Source: an uncultured Methanoregulaceae archaeon (GTDB lineage: Archaea; Halobacteriota; Methanomicrobia; Methanomicrobiales; Methanospirillaceae). From it: a stretch of DNA of 64,000 nt. A program made the position numbers and the translations under genes. The stretch is from NCBI GenBank assembly GCA_963717525.1, contig OY970343.1, positions 1,536,001 to 1,600,000 on the forward strand, given 5' to 3'. Position 1 is the stretch's first letter; each line of letters opens with the position of its first letter. This document shows, piece by piece, positions 9,309-19,461 of this stretch. The notes beneath the pieces were generated by a model. It did no database searches and was not told the origin of the DNA. It worked only from the letters and a program-made list of their open reading frames with translations.

Positions 9309-9842
9309 ATGACAGATACCAGTATCAAGGGACAGGACGTGAACGCGCCGGGTGGGATCGCATCCGGTGCCCTGTACAGCAACCGGATTAACCCCTGCGG
9401 AGCCGTGATCGCCACGGGCGTTCCGTCCGCAGGTGAGACAACCGTTATCCCCCGGGCCGGGGAAGGAGGTGAGATCACTGTCGGTCCGCTGGTCTATACC
9501 CGGTGCAACGCGATCATCTTCGATGCAATCCGCATCCTCGAATGCCTCGGGTACCTGCCGGTGCTCGTGCGCAAATCAAAAATCCCCCTCGACATCGTCG
9601 GCATCCGGGGGGACGGGGCGCTCATCATCGAGGTCGTCCGTTCCCGCCGGCCGCTACCGGATGCCCGCACGGTCTGCATGTTCTGCAGGACAGAGATCGA
9701 TTACCTCCGCGACATGAACCCCCCGTCGCAGTTCCGGAAGATGATCTGGGTGTATTCCCCCCGGTGCCGGTGGAGGTTCTACGATGTCTTCCCCGGCGGT
9801 ATCTGGCTCGCACATGACCTGATGGAGCGGGACCGGAAATAA
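9309..9842 (+). CDS. Hypothetical protein with an Hjc-like PD-(D/E)xK fold pattern
   Basis: LECLGYLPVLVRKSKIPLDIVGIRGDGALIIEVVRS resembles the Hjc core; GGAGTGA SD before ATG 9309. Confidence 0.6.
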   Translation: MTDTSIKGQDVNAPGGIASGALYSNRINPCGAVIATGVPSAGETTVIPRAGEGGEITVGPLVYTRCNAIIFDAIRILECLGYLPVLVRKSKIPLDIVGIRGDGALIIEVVRSRRPLPDARTVCMFCRTEIDYLRDMNPPSQFRKMIWVYSPRCRWRFYDVFPGGIWLAHDLMERDRK

Positions 9843-10006
9843 TCTTTTTTTTGCGGAGAACGTCAGATTTTTTTAATAATGTACGGCAATCACTGGTCAG
9901 ATTTTCACATATCCGAAGGTTTTTACAGGCTCGTACAGCGATACAGGGATAGTTTAAGAAGGAAAAAAACTAACCGGAATCAGCCAAAGATTAACGAGGT
10001 AACTGA

Positions 10007-10144
10007 ATGCCAACGAGTAAGAAACAACTGACGAAGCTGAACCAGGTGAAGAAGGCCAAGGCAGAAGAGCTCTCGAAGCAGGCGGCTGCGGGGAGCAAAG
10101 ACGCGAAGAAGAAGCTCAAGAAACTCGAGAAAAAGATCAAGTGA
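10007..10144 (+). CDS. Small highly basic protein, 45 aa (MPTSKKQLTKLNQVKKAKAEELSKQAAAGSKDAKKKLKKLEKKIK)
   Basis: Translated by hand; GAGGT SD upstream, host-like codons, T-rich tract downstream. Confidence 0.75.
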   Translation: MPTSKKQLTKLNQVKKAKAEELSKQAAAGSKDAKKKLKKLEKKIK

Positions 10145-10491
10145 GCCTTCCTGGATTTCCCCCTCTTTTTATTTTCCTTTTTTAGGTCTCAGAGAAACGA
10201 TGAGCGCTCTGCACGTCGCACCATGCCCGCACATCACCGCAAAACAGGCGGACAAAATTTCTTTTAAGGCGAGGATTCTTTTTTCAGAGAAGAACGATCT
10301 GGTGAATACCTCCAATCCCAGACAGGATAGCCCCCAATCGCTCTTTTTGCACGCCAATAATCCCGGACTGGCGAACCGGGTCAGAACCTGCCCCGGACCG
10401 GCACCCCCCGCGAACCCGTAATAATCCCTCCTGCCTACAGGTAGGTGTCAACGGGCGCCCCGAGACAAAGAGAAAAAAGGAGGAATAAACA

Positions 10492-10995
10492 ATGGCAGAC
10501 TTCAGCCAGAACACCAACGTGAAGAGTGCGGGCCGCAAACTGACGGCCCCCATCGAGGACATCACCTCGTTCAACGCACTCATCCAGTCCGTCATCCTGA
10601 ACAATCCGTTCGGGTGTGTATCGTATATGAGCTCGGGCGCCAGCCACCCGCCCGTAGAAAAGATCCGTGAGTCCTACACGGCACGAATCGTGTACCAGGA
10701 CAACGACGCGAAAGTTGTCGGGAGGACCACCGAGACCTACGGCACGATCACCGGGTTCAACACCGGCATTGCCGCCGTCCTCGCAAACACCGCGAACACC
10801 ACGGCCCACGGCGGCATCCCGGCCTATATGGCGGAGGCCGACAGCTACTCCGCGACCCTCAAATGCCACGACCCCAACGGCGAGCTGTACTACATCAACT
10901 TCTCCCGGCAGCAGGTCACCCTCTCGTCCTATGAGGACGACGGCATCAGGAACTGGATCGAGACCTGGGCAGACGGCGTACCGGCACTTGGATAA
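10492..10995 (+). CDS. Hypothetical protein, 167 aa, with internal duplication
   Basis: Strong AGGAGG SD, strongly C/G-ending codons; repeats ESYTARIVYQDNDAK and DSYSATLKCHDPNGE. Confidence 0.85.
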   Translation: MADFSQNTNVKSAGRKLTAPIEDITSFNALIQSVILNNPFGCVSYMSSGASHPPVEKIRESYTARIVYQDNDAKVVGRTTETYGTITGFNTGIAAVLANTANTTAHGGIPAYMAEADSYSATLKCHDPNGELYYINFSRQQVTLSSYEDDGIRNWIETWADGVPALG

Positions 10996-11030
10996 GCCAA
11001 TCCCCGCGGGGAACCGATCAGGGGGAGATC

Positions 11031-11147
11031 ATGGACAATGAACTCATCATCATCGGGGCTTTCCTCGGCACAGGACTGCTCGCTTATGTGATCGTCCCCG
11101 GCTTGCTCGTCATGTGGGACCGGGTCCTCGACCATATGGAAGAATAA
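11031..11147 (+). CDS. Small single-pass membrane peptide, 38 aa (MDNELIIIGAFLGTGLLAYVIVPGLLVMWDRVLDHMEE)
   Basis: Translated by hand; GGGGGAG SD, one hydrophobic helix. Confidence 0.6.
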   Translation: MDNELIIIGAFLGTGLLAYVIVPGLLVMWDRVLDHMEE

Positions 11148-11184
11148 GAAGACAACCGGCATCCGTGAGCGTGAAAACGATAAT

Positions 11185-11208
11185 GGGAGGGGGCTCACTC
11201 CCCCTCCC
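11185..11208 (+). terminator. GC-rich hairpin, possible terminator
   Basis: GGGAGGGGG-CTCACT-CCCCCTCCC 9-bp stem after the small membrane ORF. Confidence 0.4.
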
Positions 11209-11595
11209 GCCGGGTGCCGGCACAGTTTTGTCGGGTATCAGAAAAAGCAGCTAACGCGAACGATCATCCTCAGAACACCACACCCTGAGCGGTTCCCGTG
11301 AACGGATTTTCCGGAATACTGATCGGGTTCTCCCGGACCCTCCGACGGCCAGAACAAGACTGCTTGCCCCGAACACAACCTGTCTTTCATTAACGAAAGT
11401 CCAGATGCCTAAAAAAACCATTATCGGCCCTGTTTTTATAATTCGGGCTTTAAATACCCCGATTTCCAAACACAGTTTCGAAACCTTTTAATCAAGATCT
11501 CACTAATTTTACACTAACCACAAAGAGTTTAACTCGATGTGTGTGGCATTGCATTTTGAATACTCTCGTGCATTCGCACGCAGGGAGGAGGCTAA

Positions 11596-12498
11596 ATGGA
11601 ACAAATAGTATTTGGCATTGGAATTACTGCATTGGCAGGAGCTCTTGCCACCGTAGCCGGTTCCGCGGAAGATACTGAATCCAACATCGGGTCGCAGGGA
11701 GACCCCAACTCACAGGTTCAGCTCGCTCCGCAGATGGGTTTCGTGCACCGCATCTTCAATAAGGCGGTTGCCGGAGAACCCCCGGCATATGGTCTGTGGT
11801 GTGCTCTGGGCGCAGGACTTGCATGGGCCTTTTTGGCTATGCAGATCAACGCGGTTCTCGCGATTGTCCTGGGCTCCCTTCTTGCAGTCTTCGTTCAGGG
11901 CATCTATGCGACAACCGCATACCTGGGCAGGACGGCAAGTCTTTCCAAGTTCGGCCAACCGGTATACGTGGACATCTTAAAGTCCATGACAACGGTTGCC
12001 ATGGCTCACGCCTTTGTAGCAATTTTCTGTACTGTCACCATCTGTTACCTGATCAACGTCGCGCTGGGACACCCGTTCCCGCTGCCGCTGCTCGGGTTCA
12101 TCTGGGGAATTACCCTCGGTGCAGCAGGATCGGCAACAGGAAACCCGTACTACGGCAAGGAACGCCAGTACCAGAACCAGAAGTTCGGTGCCGGTGTCCC
12201 GATCTCAGCATCCGGGAACATCGTCCGGTATGCTGAAGCCGGAGAACGCAACTCGCTCGACAACGGGTACTTCACCTCAAAGTTCGGTGGTCCCGCAGCA
12301 GGTCTCTGTTTCGGACTGATCGTATTCCTCGAACTCTGGCGTACTATCGTCTTTGACCAGCTCAGCCCCGGATGGGGAGCGATCATCGTCGGTATCCTGA
12401 TCATCCTGATCTTCACCATCGTCGACCGGTACATCGAAGTCTGGGCACGCAAGAACTACGGACCCTACACGGCACCGGTAAAGGAGGCAGCACCATGA
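11596..12498 (+). CDS. mtrE: H4MPT S-methyltransferase subunit E
   Basis: AEDTESNIGSQGDPNSQVQLAPQMG, NKAVAGEP motifs. Confidence 0.97.
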   Translation: MEQIVFGIGITALAGALATVAGSAEDTESNIGSQGDPNSQVQLAPQMGFVHRIFNKAVAGEPPAYGLWCALGAGLAWAFLAMQINAVLAIVLGSLLAVFVQGIYATTAYLGRTASLSKFGQPVYVDILKSMTTVAMAHAFVAIFCTVTICYLINVALGHPFPLPLLGFIWGITLGAAGSATGNPYYGKERQYQNQKFGAGVPISASGNIVRYAEAGERNSLDNGYFTSKFGGPAAGLCFGLIVFLELWRTIVFDQLSPGWGAIIVGILIILIFTIVDRYIEVWARKNYGPYTAPVKEAAP

Positions 12499-13328
12499 CC
12501 GCAGTCGCAGCAAAGCCGGCCGCAGGCTCGGCAATGAATCCCACCGCAATGGTGGTCGGTGTGGTCCTGCTTCTCATCCTTCTCGGGATCGCCTACATGG
12601 TCTCTCCAAGTCTCGGCCTCATGGCCCTGATCGGTGTGGTCATCGGCGGTGTCCTGATTGGATTCGGTGTCCACTTCGTGCCGGTCGGCGGCGCACCCGC
12701 AGCCATGGGCCAGGCACCCGGTATCGCAACCGGTGTCGCCATGCTCGCAGCAGGTGCAGGACTTGCCGGACTCTTCGGCGGCGCCTGGGCAGCAGACCAG
12801 GGCTTTGTCATCGCCATTATCACCGGCGGAGTCGGCGGCGGAATGATGATGGCCATCACCTGTATGATGGTCAACTTCGTCTATGTCTTTGGCATGGGTA
12901 TCCCCGCAGCCTCAGGCAAGGTAGCAAAGGACCCGATCACCGGGGACACCCAGCCTGAATTCAAATCGCAGGGTACCGAAGGCCACGGTCTTCCGTTCGT
13001 CTCGTTTGTCGGCGGTGTCACCGGCGGTATTCTCGGAGGCGCTGGCGGAACGCTCATCTATCTCGAGCTTCTCAGCCTCTACCAGGCAACGCTCCCGACC
13101 GTCCTGAACGCATCCGCAACCCAGGTTCTCCCGATTGCAGTAGCTACCGCAGGTATCTTTGCTATCGGCATGTTCCTCGTGAACGCGGTGCTGACTGCCT
13201 ACAACATCACAGGAACAATCGAAGGCCCGCACGACCCCAAGTTCAAGCGCTGGCCACGGGCCATCGTTGCATCCGCGGTCGCATCGGCGCTCTGCGGTCT
13301 TGTGGCGATCCTGATCGTCACGATCTGA
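12495..13328 (+). CDS. mtrD: H4MPT S-methyltransferase subunit D
   Basis: VHFVPVGGAPAAM, SQGTEGHGLP, GTIEGPHDPKFKR. Confidence 0.97.
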   Translation: MTAVAAKPAAGSAMNPTAMVVGVVLLLILLGIAYMVSPSLGLMALIGVVIGGVLIGFGVHFVPVGGAPAAMGQAPGIATGVAMLAAGAGLAGLFGGAWAADQGFVIAIITGGVGGGMMMAITCMMVNFVYVFGMGIPAASGKVAKDPITGDTQPEFKSQGTEGHGLPFVSFVGGVTGGILGGAGGTLIYLELLSLYQATLPTVLNASATQVLPIAVATAGIFAIGMFLVNAVLTAYNITGTIEGPHDPKFKRWPRAIVASAVASALCGLVAILIVTI

Positions 13329-13337
13329 GGTGTTGAA

Positions 13338-14189
13338 ATGACCGTAAAAGTTGAAGTAATCGAAGGAGGCATCCCGCACACGAAGATCCTGATCGCAGGA
13401 CTCATCTGCACGATCGTGTGCCTGTACCTCTCCTATCTTAATGTGGCCACCGGCACCGAGATGTTCTCGTTCTTCGGAGGCCTCGCCGTAATTGCAGCCC
13501 TCATCTGGGGGAGCCACACCATCAAGGTGCTGTGCAGTTACGGTATCGGTACCGGTGTACCTTCAGCAGGTATGATCGCATTCGGCTCCGGTGTCATTGC
13601 GATGCTTCTTGCTACCAAGTTCGGCATTGCAGCACCCATCGTTGCGCTCGTCCTTGCAGCCATTATCGGGCTCGTCCTGGGGTATCTCTCAAACGATGTC
13701 CTCAACATGAAGATCCCGGTAATGATCCAGTCACTCACTGAACTCGCCGTTGTCGGGGCACTTACCCTGATGGGCTTTGCCGTCCTTATGACGGGCAGCT
13801 TCACGTTCACCGGCCTTACCACCGGGACTGTCACGCTGTTTGGCGCACTTGCCATGCCCAGCTACCAGATCTCGTTCATTGGTGGCGGGCTCACGGCCGT
13901 AGCATTCCTGCTCGGGGCAATCGCAATCCAGCACCCGTTCAACGCGTGCCTGGGACCCGGCTGGAAACAGGACCGGATGCTCATGCTCACCGCAGAGTGC
14001 GGATTCCTGAGCATGATCGTAGCAGCCATCATGTCGTTTGCCCTCATCAGCGCAGGATCGGCCATCCTCTCACTCATCATCGCCCTGATAGGCTGGGTAT
14101 ACACCTACTGTGAGTACATCAAGCTCTCGAAGCGTGATGCATTCGCGTGGCTCGACGCAAAACCGATTCCTGAAGTGGAGGGACACTAA
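13338..14189 (+). CDS. mtrC: H4MPT S-methyltransferase subunit C
   Basis: SYGIGTGVPS and HPFNACLGP motifs. Confidence 0.97.
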   Translation: MTVKVEVIEGGIPHTKILIAGLICTIVCLYLSYLNVATGTEMFSFFGGLAVIAALIWGSHTIKVLCSYGIGTGVPSAGMIAFGSGVIAMLLATKFGIAAPIVALVLAAIIGLVLGYLSNDVLNMKIPVMIQSLTELAVVGALTLMGFAVLMTGSFTFTGLTTGTVTLFGALAMPSYQISFIGGGLTAVAFLLGAIAIQHPFNACLGPGWKQDRMLMLTAECGFLSMIVAAIMSFALISAGSAILSLIIALIGWVYTYCEYIKLSKRDAFAWLDAKPIPEVEGH

Positions 14190-14190
14190 C

Positions 14191-14484
14191 ATGGCATACG
14201 TTCTGGTGCTCCCGGAGTACGGGCTCGTAGCCGATCCCCTTATCGGTATCGTCACGACTGCCGGCGAATCGCTATCCCCGGTTATTGACAGGGTTACACT
14301 CCTCGAGGCCTCGGCAGACGATCTGGTCAATATGCTTTCCGGCGAAGGAAACTATGTTGCATCGTTCCCGGGCCGCGAAAAGACCCTTACAATCGGTGGC
14401 AGCATCAATGCCTTCTGGTATGGACTTGCCATCGGACTACTCGTTGCAGGAGTCATTGCATTCCAGCTGATCAAGGTGGGCTGA
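14191..14484 (+). CDS. mtrB: H4MPT S-methyltransferase subunit B
   Basis: [16 protein letters not shown]-terminal TM helix; operon position. Confidence 0.93.
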   Translation: MAYVLVLPEYGLVADPLIGIVTTAGESLSPVIDRVTLLEASADDLVNMLSGEGNYVASFPGREKTLTIGGSINAFWYGLAIGLLVAGVIAFQLIKVG

Positions 14485-14485
14485 T

Positions 14486-15208
14486 ATGGCAGACAAAAAA
14501 TCACCAGCAAGTGGATGGCCGCTCGTCAAGGGTGACTTCCATTCAGGAGATGCAAACAGCTGTGTTGCTGTCGTCACCTTCGGATCTCACCTCGACGAAG
14601 AAGGTATCTGTGGTGCAGGCGCTGCGATGTGCGGGTCCTGTAAGACCGAGAACCTCGGTCTCGAAAAGGTCATCGCCAATTACATCGCAAACCCCAACAT
14701 CCGGTTCATGCTCTGCTGCGGTACCGAGGTCAAAGGACACCTCGCCGGTCAGACCATGATCGCTCTCCATAAAGGCGGTGTCAAAGACGGCAGGGTCGTC
14801 GGCGCTGAAGGTGCTATTCCCTTCATTGAAAATCTCAATGATGCGGCGATCAAGCGTTTCCAGGAGCAGATCGAAGTCGTCAACATCATGGAGAGTGAGG
14901 ACCTCAACGCCATCAAGGCCAAGATGAATGAACTCAAGGCCAGAGACCCCGGCGCTTTCGCGGCTGATGCTATCGTCGTCGAAGTCAAGGAAGCTGCCGG
15001 CGGCACTGAGGAAGCAGGTGGCGAAGTTGCCCCAATCTCCGGCGAGATCGCGATCATCACTGCCCGTATGAAGGTCATCGAGAAGATGGTGACAGATATC
15101 GGATACCGCGACAAGTTTGCCGCTGGTGTCTACGCAGGGAAGATCGAGGGGCTGATGATCGGCCTGATCGTCTCCTTCGCCCTGATCGGATTCATGTGGA
15201 TGGGGTGA
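14486..15208 (+). CDS. mtrA: H4MPT S-methyltransferase subunit A (corrinoid protein) with its own membrane anchor
   Basis: GWP-x-[33 protein letters not shown] anchor. Confidence 0.97.
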   Translation: MADKKSPASGWPLVKGDFHSGDANSCVAVVTFGSHLDEEGICGAGAAMCGSCKTENLGLEKVIANYIANPNIRFMLCCGTEVKGHLAGQTMIALHKGGVKDGRVVGAEGAIPFIENLNDAAIKRFQEQIEVVNIMESEDLNAIKAKMNELKARDPGAFAADAIVVEVKEAAGGTEEAGGEVAPISGEIAIITARMKVIEKMVTDIGYRDKFAAGVYAGKIEGLMIGLIVSFALIGFMWMG

Positions 15209-15214
15209 AGTGAG

Positions 15215-15421
15215 ATGGCAGAAGAAGAAGCAAAAGTTGCTGCAGGACCAGTCAGGTTGGTTGCAATCGACAATATGGTTGAGAACATCCGCTACAAATC
15301 ACAGATCCTTGCACGAACCAACAAGGTTGAGTCGGCCAGTTCAACAAACGGCCTCATCGCCTTTGTCGCGGGACTGCTCATAGCTGTGATCCTGATAGTG
15401 GTGCCGGCATTACTGATCTGA
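15215..15421 (+). CDS. mtrF: H4MPT S-methyltransferase subunit F
   Basis: VENIRYKSQILAR motif plus C-terminal TM helix. Confidence 0.93.
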   Translation: MAEEEAKVAAGPVRLVAIDNMVENIRYKSQILARTNKVESASSTNGLIAFVAGLLIAVILIVVPALLI

Positions 15422-15432
15422 GGTGAAGACAA

Positions 15433-16171
15433 ATGGCAGACAAAAAATCACCAGCAAGTGGATGGCCGCTCGTCAAGGGTGACTTCCATTCAGGAGATGC
15501 AAACAGTCTGTGTTGCTGTCGTCACCTTTGGATCTCACCTCGACGAAGAAGGTATCTGTGGTGCAGGCGCAGCGATGTGCGGGTCCTGTAAGACCGAGAA
15601 TCTCGGTCTCGAGAAGGTCATCGCCAATTACATCGCGAACCCCAACATCCGGTTCATGCTCTGCTGCGGTACCGAGGTCAAAGGACACCTCGCCGGTCAG
15701 ACCATGATCGCTCTCCATAAAGGCGGTGTCAAAGACGGCAGGGTCGTCGGCGCTGAAGGTGCTATCCCCTTCATTGAAAACCTCAATGATGCGGCGATCA
15801 AGCGTTTCCAGGAGCAGATCGAAGTCGTCAACATCATGGAGAGTGAGGACCTCAACACCATCAAGGCCAAGATGAATGAACTCAAGGCCAGAGACCCCGG
15901 CGCTTTCGCGGCTGATGCTATCGTCGTCGAAGTCAAGGAAGCTGCCGGCGGAGTTGAAGTCGCGACAGCAGGGGTGAACCCCCAGTTCCTCGAGATCGAG
16001 AAGAGACTCGACAAGATCGAGAAGAAAATCGAGTTCGTGGATGCTGAAGTGGCACAGCGTGTTGGGAGAAAAATCGGGAGAGATATCGGCATACTGTACG
16101 GCCTCGTTGCAGGATTAATCGTATTTGTCATGCTGCTGTTTATGCTCCAGAAATTGATGGCATTGGTGTAA
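15433..16171 (+). CDS. mtrA: MtrA-MtrG fusion (second mtrA copy); 1-nt insertion at 15507
   Basis: First ~520 nt nearly identical to 14486..15003; C-terminus [33 protein letters not shown] is MtrG. Confidence 0.95.
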
Positions 16172-16186
16172 TGGAGGTGTAAAACA

Positions 16187-17225
16187 ATGTTCAAATTCGA
16201 AAAAGAACAGAAGGTCTGGGACTTCAACGGCACTAAGATTGGTGGACAACCCGGGGAGTACCCGACCGTTCTTGCAGCCTCAATCTTCTACAACAAACAT
16301 GAGGCTGTACTGGACGACAAGACAGGAAAGATTAACAAGCCGATGGCTGAAGCACTCTGGAACCGCTGTCAGACACTCTCTGACGCGACCGGTATTCCGC
16401 ACATGATCCAGATCCTTGCTGAATATCCGGAGGCGTTCGAAAGCTGACATCAGCTGGTTCGACAGTATCGACAACAAGACTGCATTCCTGATGGATTCAT
16501 CTGTGCCAAAGGCACTTGCCCATGCATGCAAGTACGTGACTGATGTCGGGCTCGCACACCGTGCGATCTACAACTCAATCAACGGTTCTATTGCACAGGA
16601 GAACATTGATGCGTTGAAGAACAGTGATGTGGATGCTGCGATTGTCCTCGCATTTAACCCGGCAGACCCGTCAGTCGCGGGCCGTGAGAAAGTGCTTGTC
16701 GAAGGAGGCGTCGCAGGCCAGAAGATGGGCATGATCCCCATCGCAGAAGAGTGCGGAATCACCCGCCCGATCCTTGATACGGCAGCAACCCCGCTCGGTC
16801 TTGGTTCCGGTAGTGCATACCGTGAGATTCTCGCCTGTAAGGCAATCCACGGTTTCCCGACCGGTGGTGCATACCACAACATGACCGTTGCCTGGACATG
16901 GCTCCGCCGCTGGAAGGGCACCCACAAGACCCCGTCATTACTGGCAGAGGGCTACAAGGGCAACGATGTGCTGCTCGAGCAGATGTCCAAACACTACCTT
17001 GGCGGTATCGAGGGTATCAAGCAGGCCGCATGGTCAGCACCCGATATCGGCTGCAACATGATTGCAAGCACCCTCGGTGCCGACCTGATTATGTACGGTC
17101 CGATCGAGAATGTCGAAGCAATGATCACAGCACAGGCATACACGGACATCACGGTCCTCGAGGCAATGCGTCCCTTGGGTATCGATGTCAAAGCAGAAAG
17201 CCACCCCATCTTTAAACTCATCTAA
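16187..17225 (+). CDS. mtrH: H4MPT S-methyltransferase subunit H; 1-nt insertion near 16446
   Basis: MFKFEKEQ, GGQPGEYPTVL, IYNSIN, GADLIMYGPIEN; removing G16446 gives AFESYISW. Confidence 0.96.
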
Positions 17226-17235
17226 TTTTTTTTTT
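17226..17235 (+). terminator. Oligo-T terminator of the mtr operon
   Basis: T10 directly after the mtrH stop. Confidence 0.65.
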
Positions 17236-17329
17236 GAGCGCCCCTAGGGGTAAATTGTAAAAAAGGATTTTTCCCGTTTTTTCAGGTTTTAGTATTCCCG
17301 GATTGTTTTGTGCCCCGCCCGGTACCGCG

Positions 17330-17938
17330 TTACCTGCCAGACACGTGCCGGAGGCTCTCTTCGGCATCCGCATCACGCCCCAGCCGGCGTAGCGCCTCGG
17401 CACGGTGCTGCCAGACAAAGGAGTTGATCGGGTTGAGGCTGATCGCCAGGTCGAAGGTGGCAAGCGCATCCGTGCTGTGCCCGAGTCCCAGCAGGGCGAT
17501 CCCTTTTGCGGTCATGGCCCGGATATTATTGGAGCTCCTTTCGAGGACACGGTCAAAACAGGCGATCGCATCCTCGTACCTCCCCAGCGCATTTAATGCA
17601 TAGCCTTTGTTTGCAAGGGCGGGTATGTACTCCGGGTCATGAGCGAGGGCCTGCTCGAAACAGGTGATCGATTCCGCGTACCTGCCGATCTTGCGCAGGG
17701 CATACCCTTTCTCGTACCAGGTCGTCAGGAGATGAGGGTTTATCGCGAGCGCACGGTCGTAGCAGGCAAGGGCGTCCTCGTGCCTGCCGAGGGCATAGAA
17801 GACCTCGCCTTTCTGTTCGAGCGCTGTGGTGTTCTGTGCGTCAGCCGCAAGGATCCTGTCGTATTCAGCAAGAGCGTCGTCGTATCGTCCGACCCAGGCA
17901 AGGTGGTGCGCCACCTCAAGCATTGCTGCATTGTCCAT
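17330..17938 (-). CDS. Tetratricopeptide repeat protein
   Basis: Repeated KG..L..LGRY.DA...FDRAL units. Confidence 0.92.
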   Translation of the reverse strand: MDNAAMLEVAHHLAWVGRYDDALAEYDRILAADAQNTTALEQKGEVFYALGRHEDALACYDRALAINPHLLTTWYEKGYALRKIGRYAESITCFEQALAHDPEYIPALANKGYALNALGRYEDAIACFDRVLERSSNNIRAMTAKGIALLGLGHSTDALATFDLAISLNPINSFVWQHRAEALRRLGRDADAEESLRHVSGR

Positions 17939-18011
17939 AGTGCATCATAGACAGAGTCCGCCCCATCCCTAATAAAATGGCCTCCCGGGAAAAATGATGG
18001 CCAAAAAGCAG

Positions 18012-18720
18012 TTACCGGCGGCCTGACCGGTATATGGCCAGCCCGGCGCAGGCCAGCACCGCGATGACGGGTACCAGGGGCTGGAGGGGAACAGGTGACG
18101 GGGTCGTTTCCGCAGAAGGCGGGGCCGCGGAATACTGGGGCACAGGCACTGTCGGTTGCTCAGGGGGAGCAACCGGGAATGTCGGGGTCGGGATCTCGAG
18201 CTGACAGCGTCGGCGTCGGGGATACCGTGGTCCCGGAGTCATCCAGGTGCAATGTGTATGAGGAGATGCTGCCCGTGCGGGTGCCGGCGTCCTGCAGGTA
18301 CACTGAGAGCGTCTTGTACGTGTCGCTGCTGCCCAGATGCGAGTAATCAACCGGTTTCTGGGTCACGTACACGGTATAGGTCCCGGGATTGATCAGCTGT
18401 GCAAGCCGTGACGTATCCCATTGCATCGACCACTGCCCGCTGCTGTCAAGATCGACGACAGTGAACTGTCCCTGGTCTGCCCGCTGGGAGATATCGGTCA
18501 GGGTCACGCCATCGGTGGGAAGACCGGGGCCGGTCATGAAAAGGTACACCTGTGTGCCCTGGCTGGAGGAGCCATGCAGGTCGATGACATCCCCAAGGTA
18601 GCCGGTATAGTATGCGTCGGCGGCACAGGCGCCACCTACCAAAAGGCAGGTCGCCATACAGATCGCCAGAACAACGGTGGTTCCGAAACGAGGGAAAAAG
18701 GACGGGTGCACCGGGGTCAT
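18012..18720 (-). CDS. Secreted cell-surface protein with an S-layer-like domain, Pro/Thr linker and C-terminal TM anchor; 1-nt insertion near 18204
   Basis: Signal peptide; YLGDVIDLHG..VYLFMTGPGLP..GTYTVY; ORFs 18160..18720 and 18012..18350 join as TLQLEIPTPT. Confidence 0.8.
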
Positions 18721-18848
18721 TACTGGATATAAACCGCCGGGGGGTATATTTTTTGTGGGTCGGGGAAAAAGTCATCCCTGTACAAATATACGACGAAGAT
18801 GCCAGAAAAAAAAGAGAGCGGTGAGGGGAGCGGAATGTGCCTGAACTA

Positions 18849-19304
18849 TCAGTACAGGCGGTAGATGAAAAACCCGTCCTGGTAATGTTCGGCCTGGTCG
18901 TAGTCTGCGAGCAGGTTCTTGCGGTTCCCAAAGGAGAGCATCCGTTTCCTCAGGGGCTCCATCCCGCACGTATGGAGGACCAGTTTTTTGATCTCTTCGT
19001 TTGCCTGCCGGATCTCCTTTGTCTTGACCTTTCCCAGAAGGTCGGGAGGAGAGGCATCGATGTCAAAATAGGCAAAGAGCGACTCGAGGCAGATCAGCCA
19101 GAGTTTCTCCTGCACCGCGTTCTCTGCTGCCTGTGTTGCCTCCGCATCGGCAAGCACGAGATATGCTGCATCATTGCCGTGGAAAAAAGCCTTGAACCCG
19201 TACAGGTGGCCGTTTGAGATACGGAGCCCGGCTTTATCCACACCGAGGAACCGGGCGAGCACCTCACGTTTCTGCTGCATCACCGGATCCTGGCTCTTGT
19301 GCAT
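18849..19304 (-). CDS. Hypothetical protein
   Basis: Fills the gap between neighbours; plausible composition, ends GFFIYRLY. Confidence 0.65.
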   Translation of the reverse strand: MHKSQDPVMQQKREVLARFLGVDKAGLRISNGHLYGFKAFFHGNDAAYLVLADAEATQAAENAVQEKLWLICLESLFAYFDIDASPPDLLGKVKTKEIRQANEEIKKLVLHTCGMEPLRKRMLSFGNRKNLLADYDQAEHYQDGFFIYRLY

Positions 19305-19461
19305 CTGACACCCCTGTACCACGAGATCGTGTATGTAGTGTGTGCACATTCAGCATGGATGTATAAGGTATTAAGCTACGCCGTTTACGCCCGCATCATA
19401 CCGGGGGTACCAGACACTAAAAAGGAGAGGAGGAGTTTTAGGGCGTCTTTTCACGATATTA

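Noticed and set aside
16440..16450. Selenocysteine read-through of the TGA in mtrH
   Set aside because: The downstream MtrH sequence is in a different frame; deleting one base restores it
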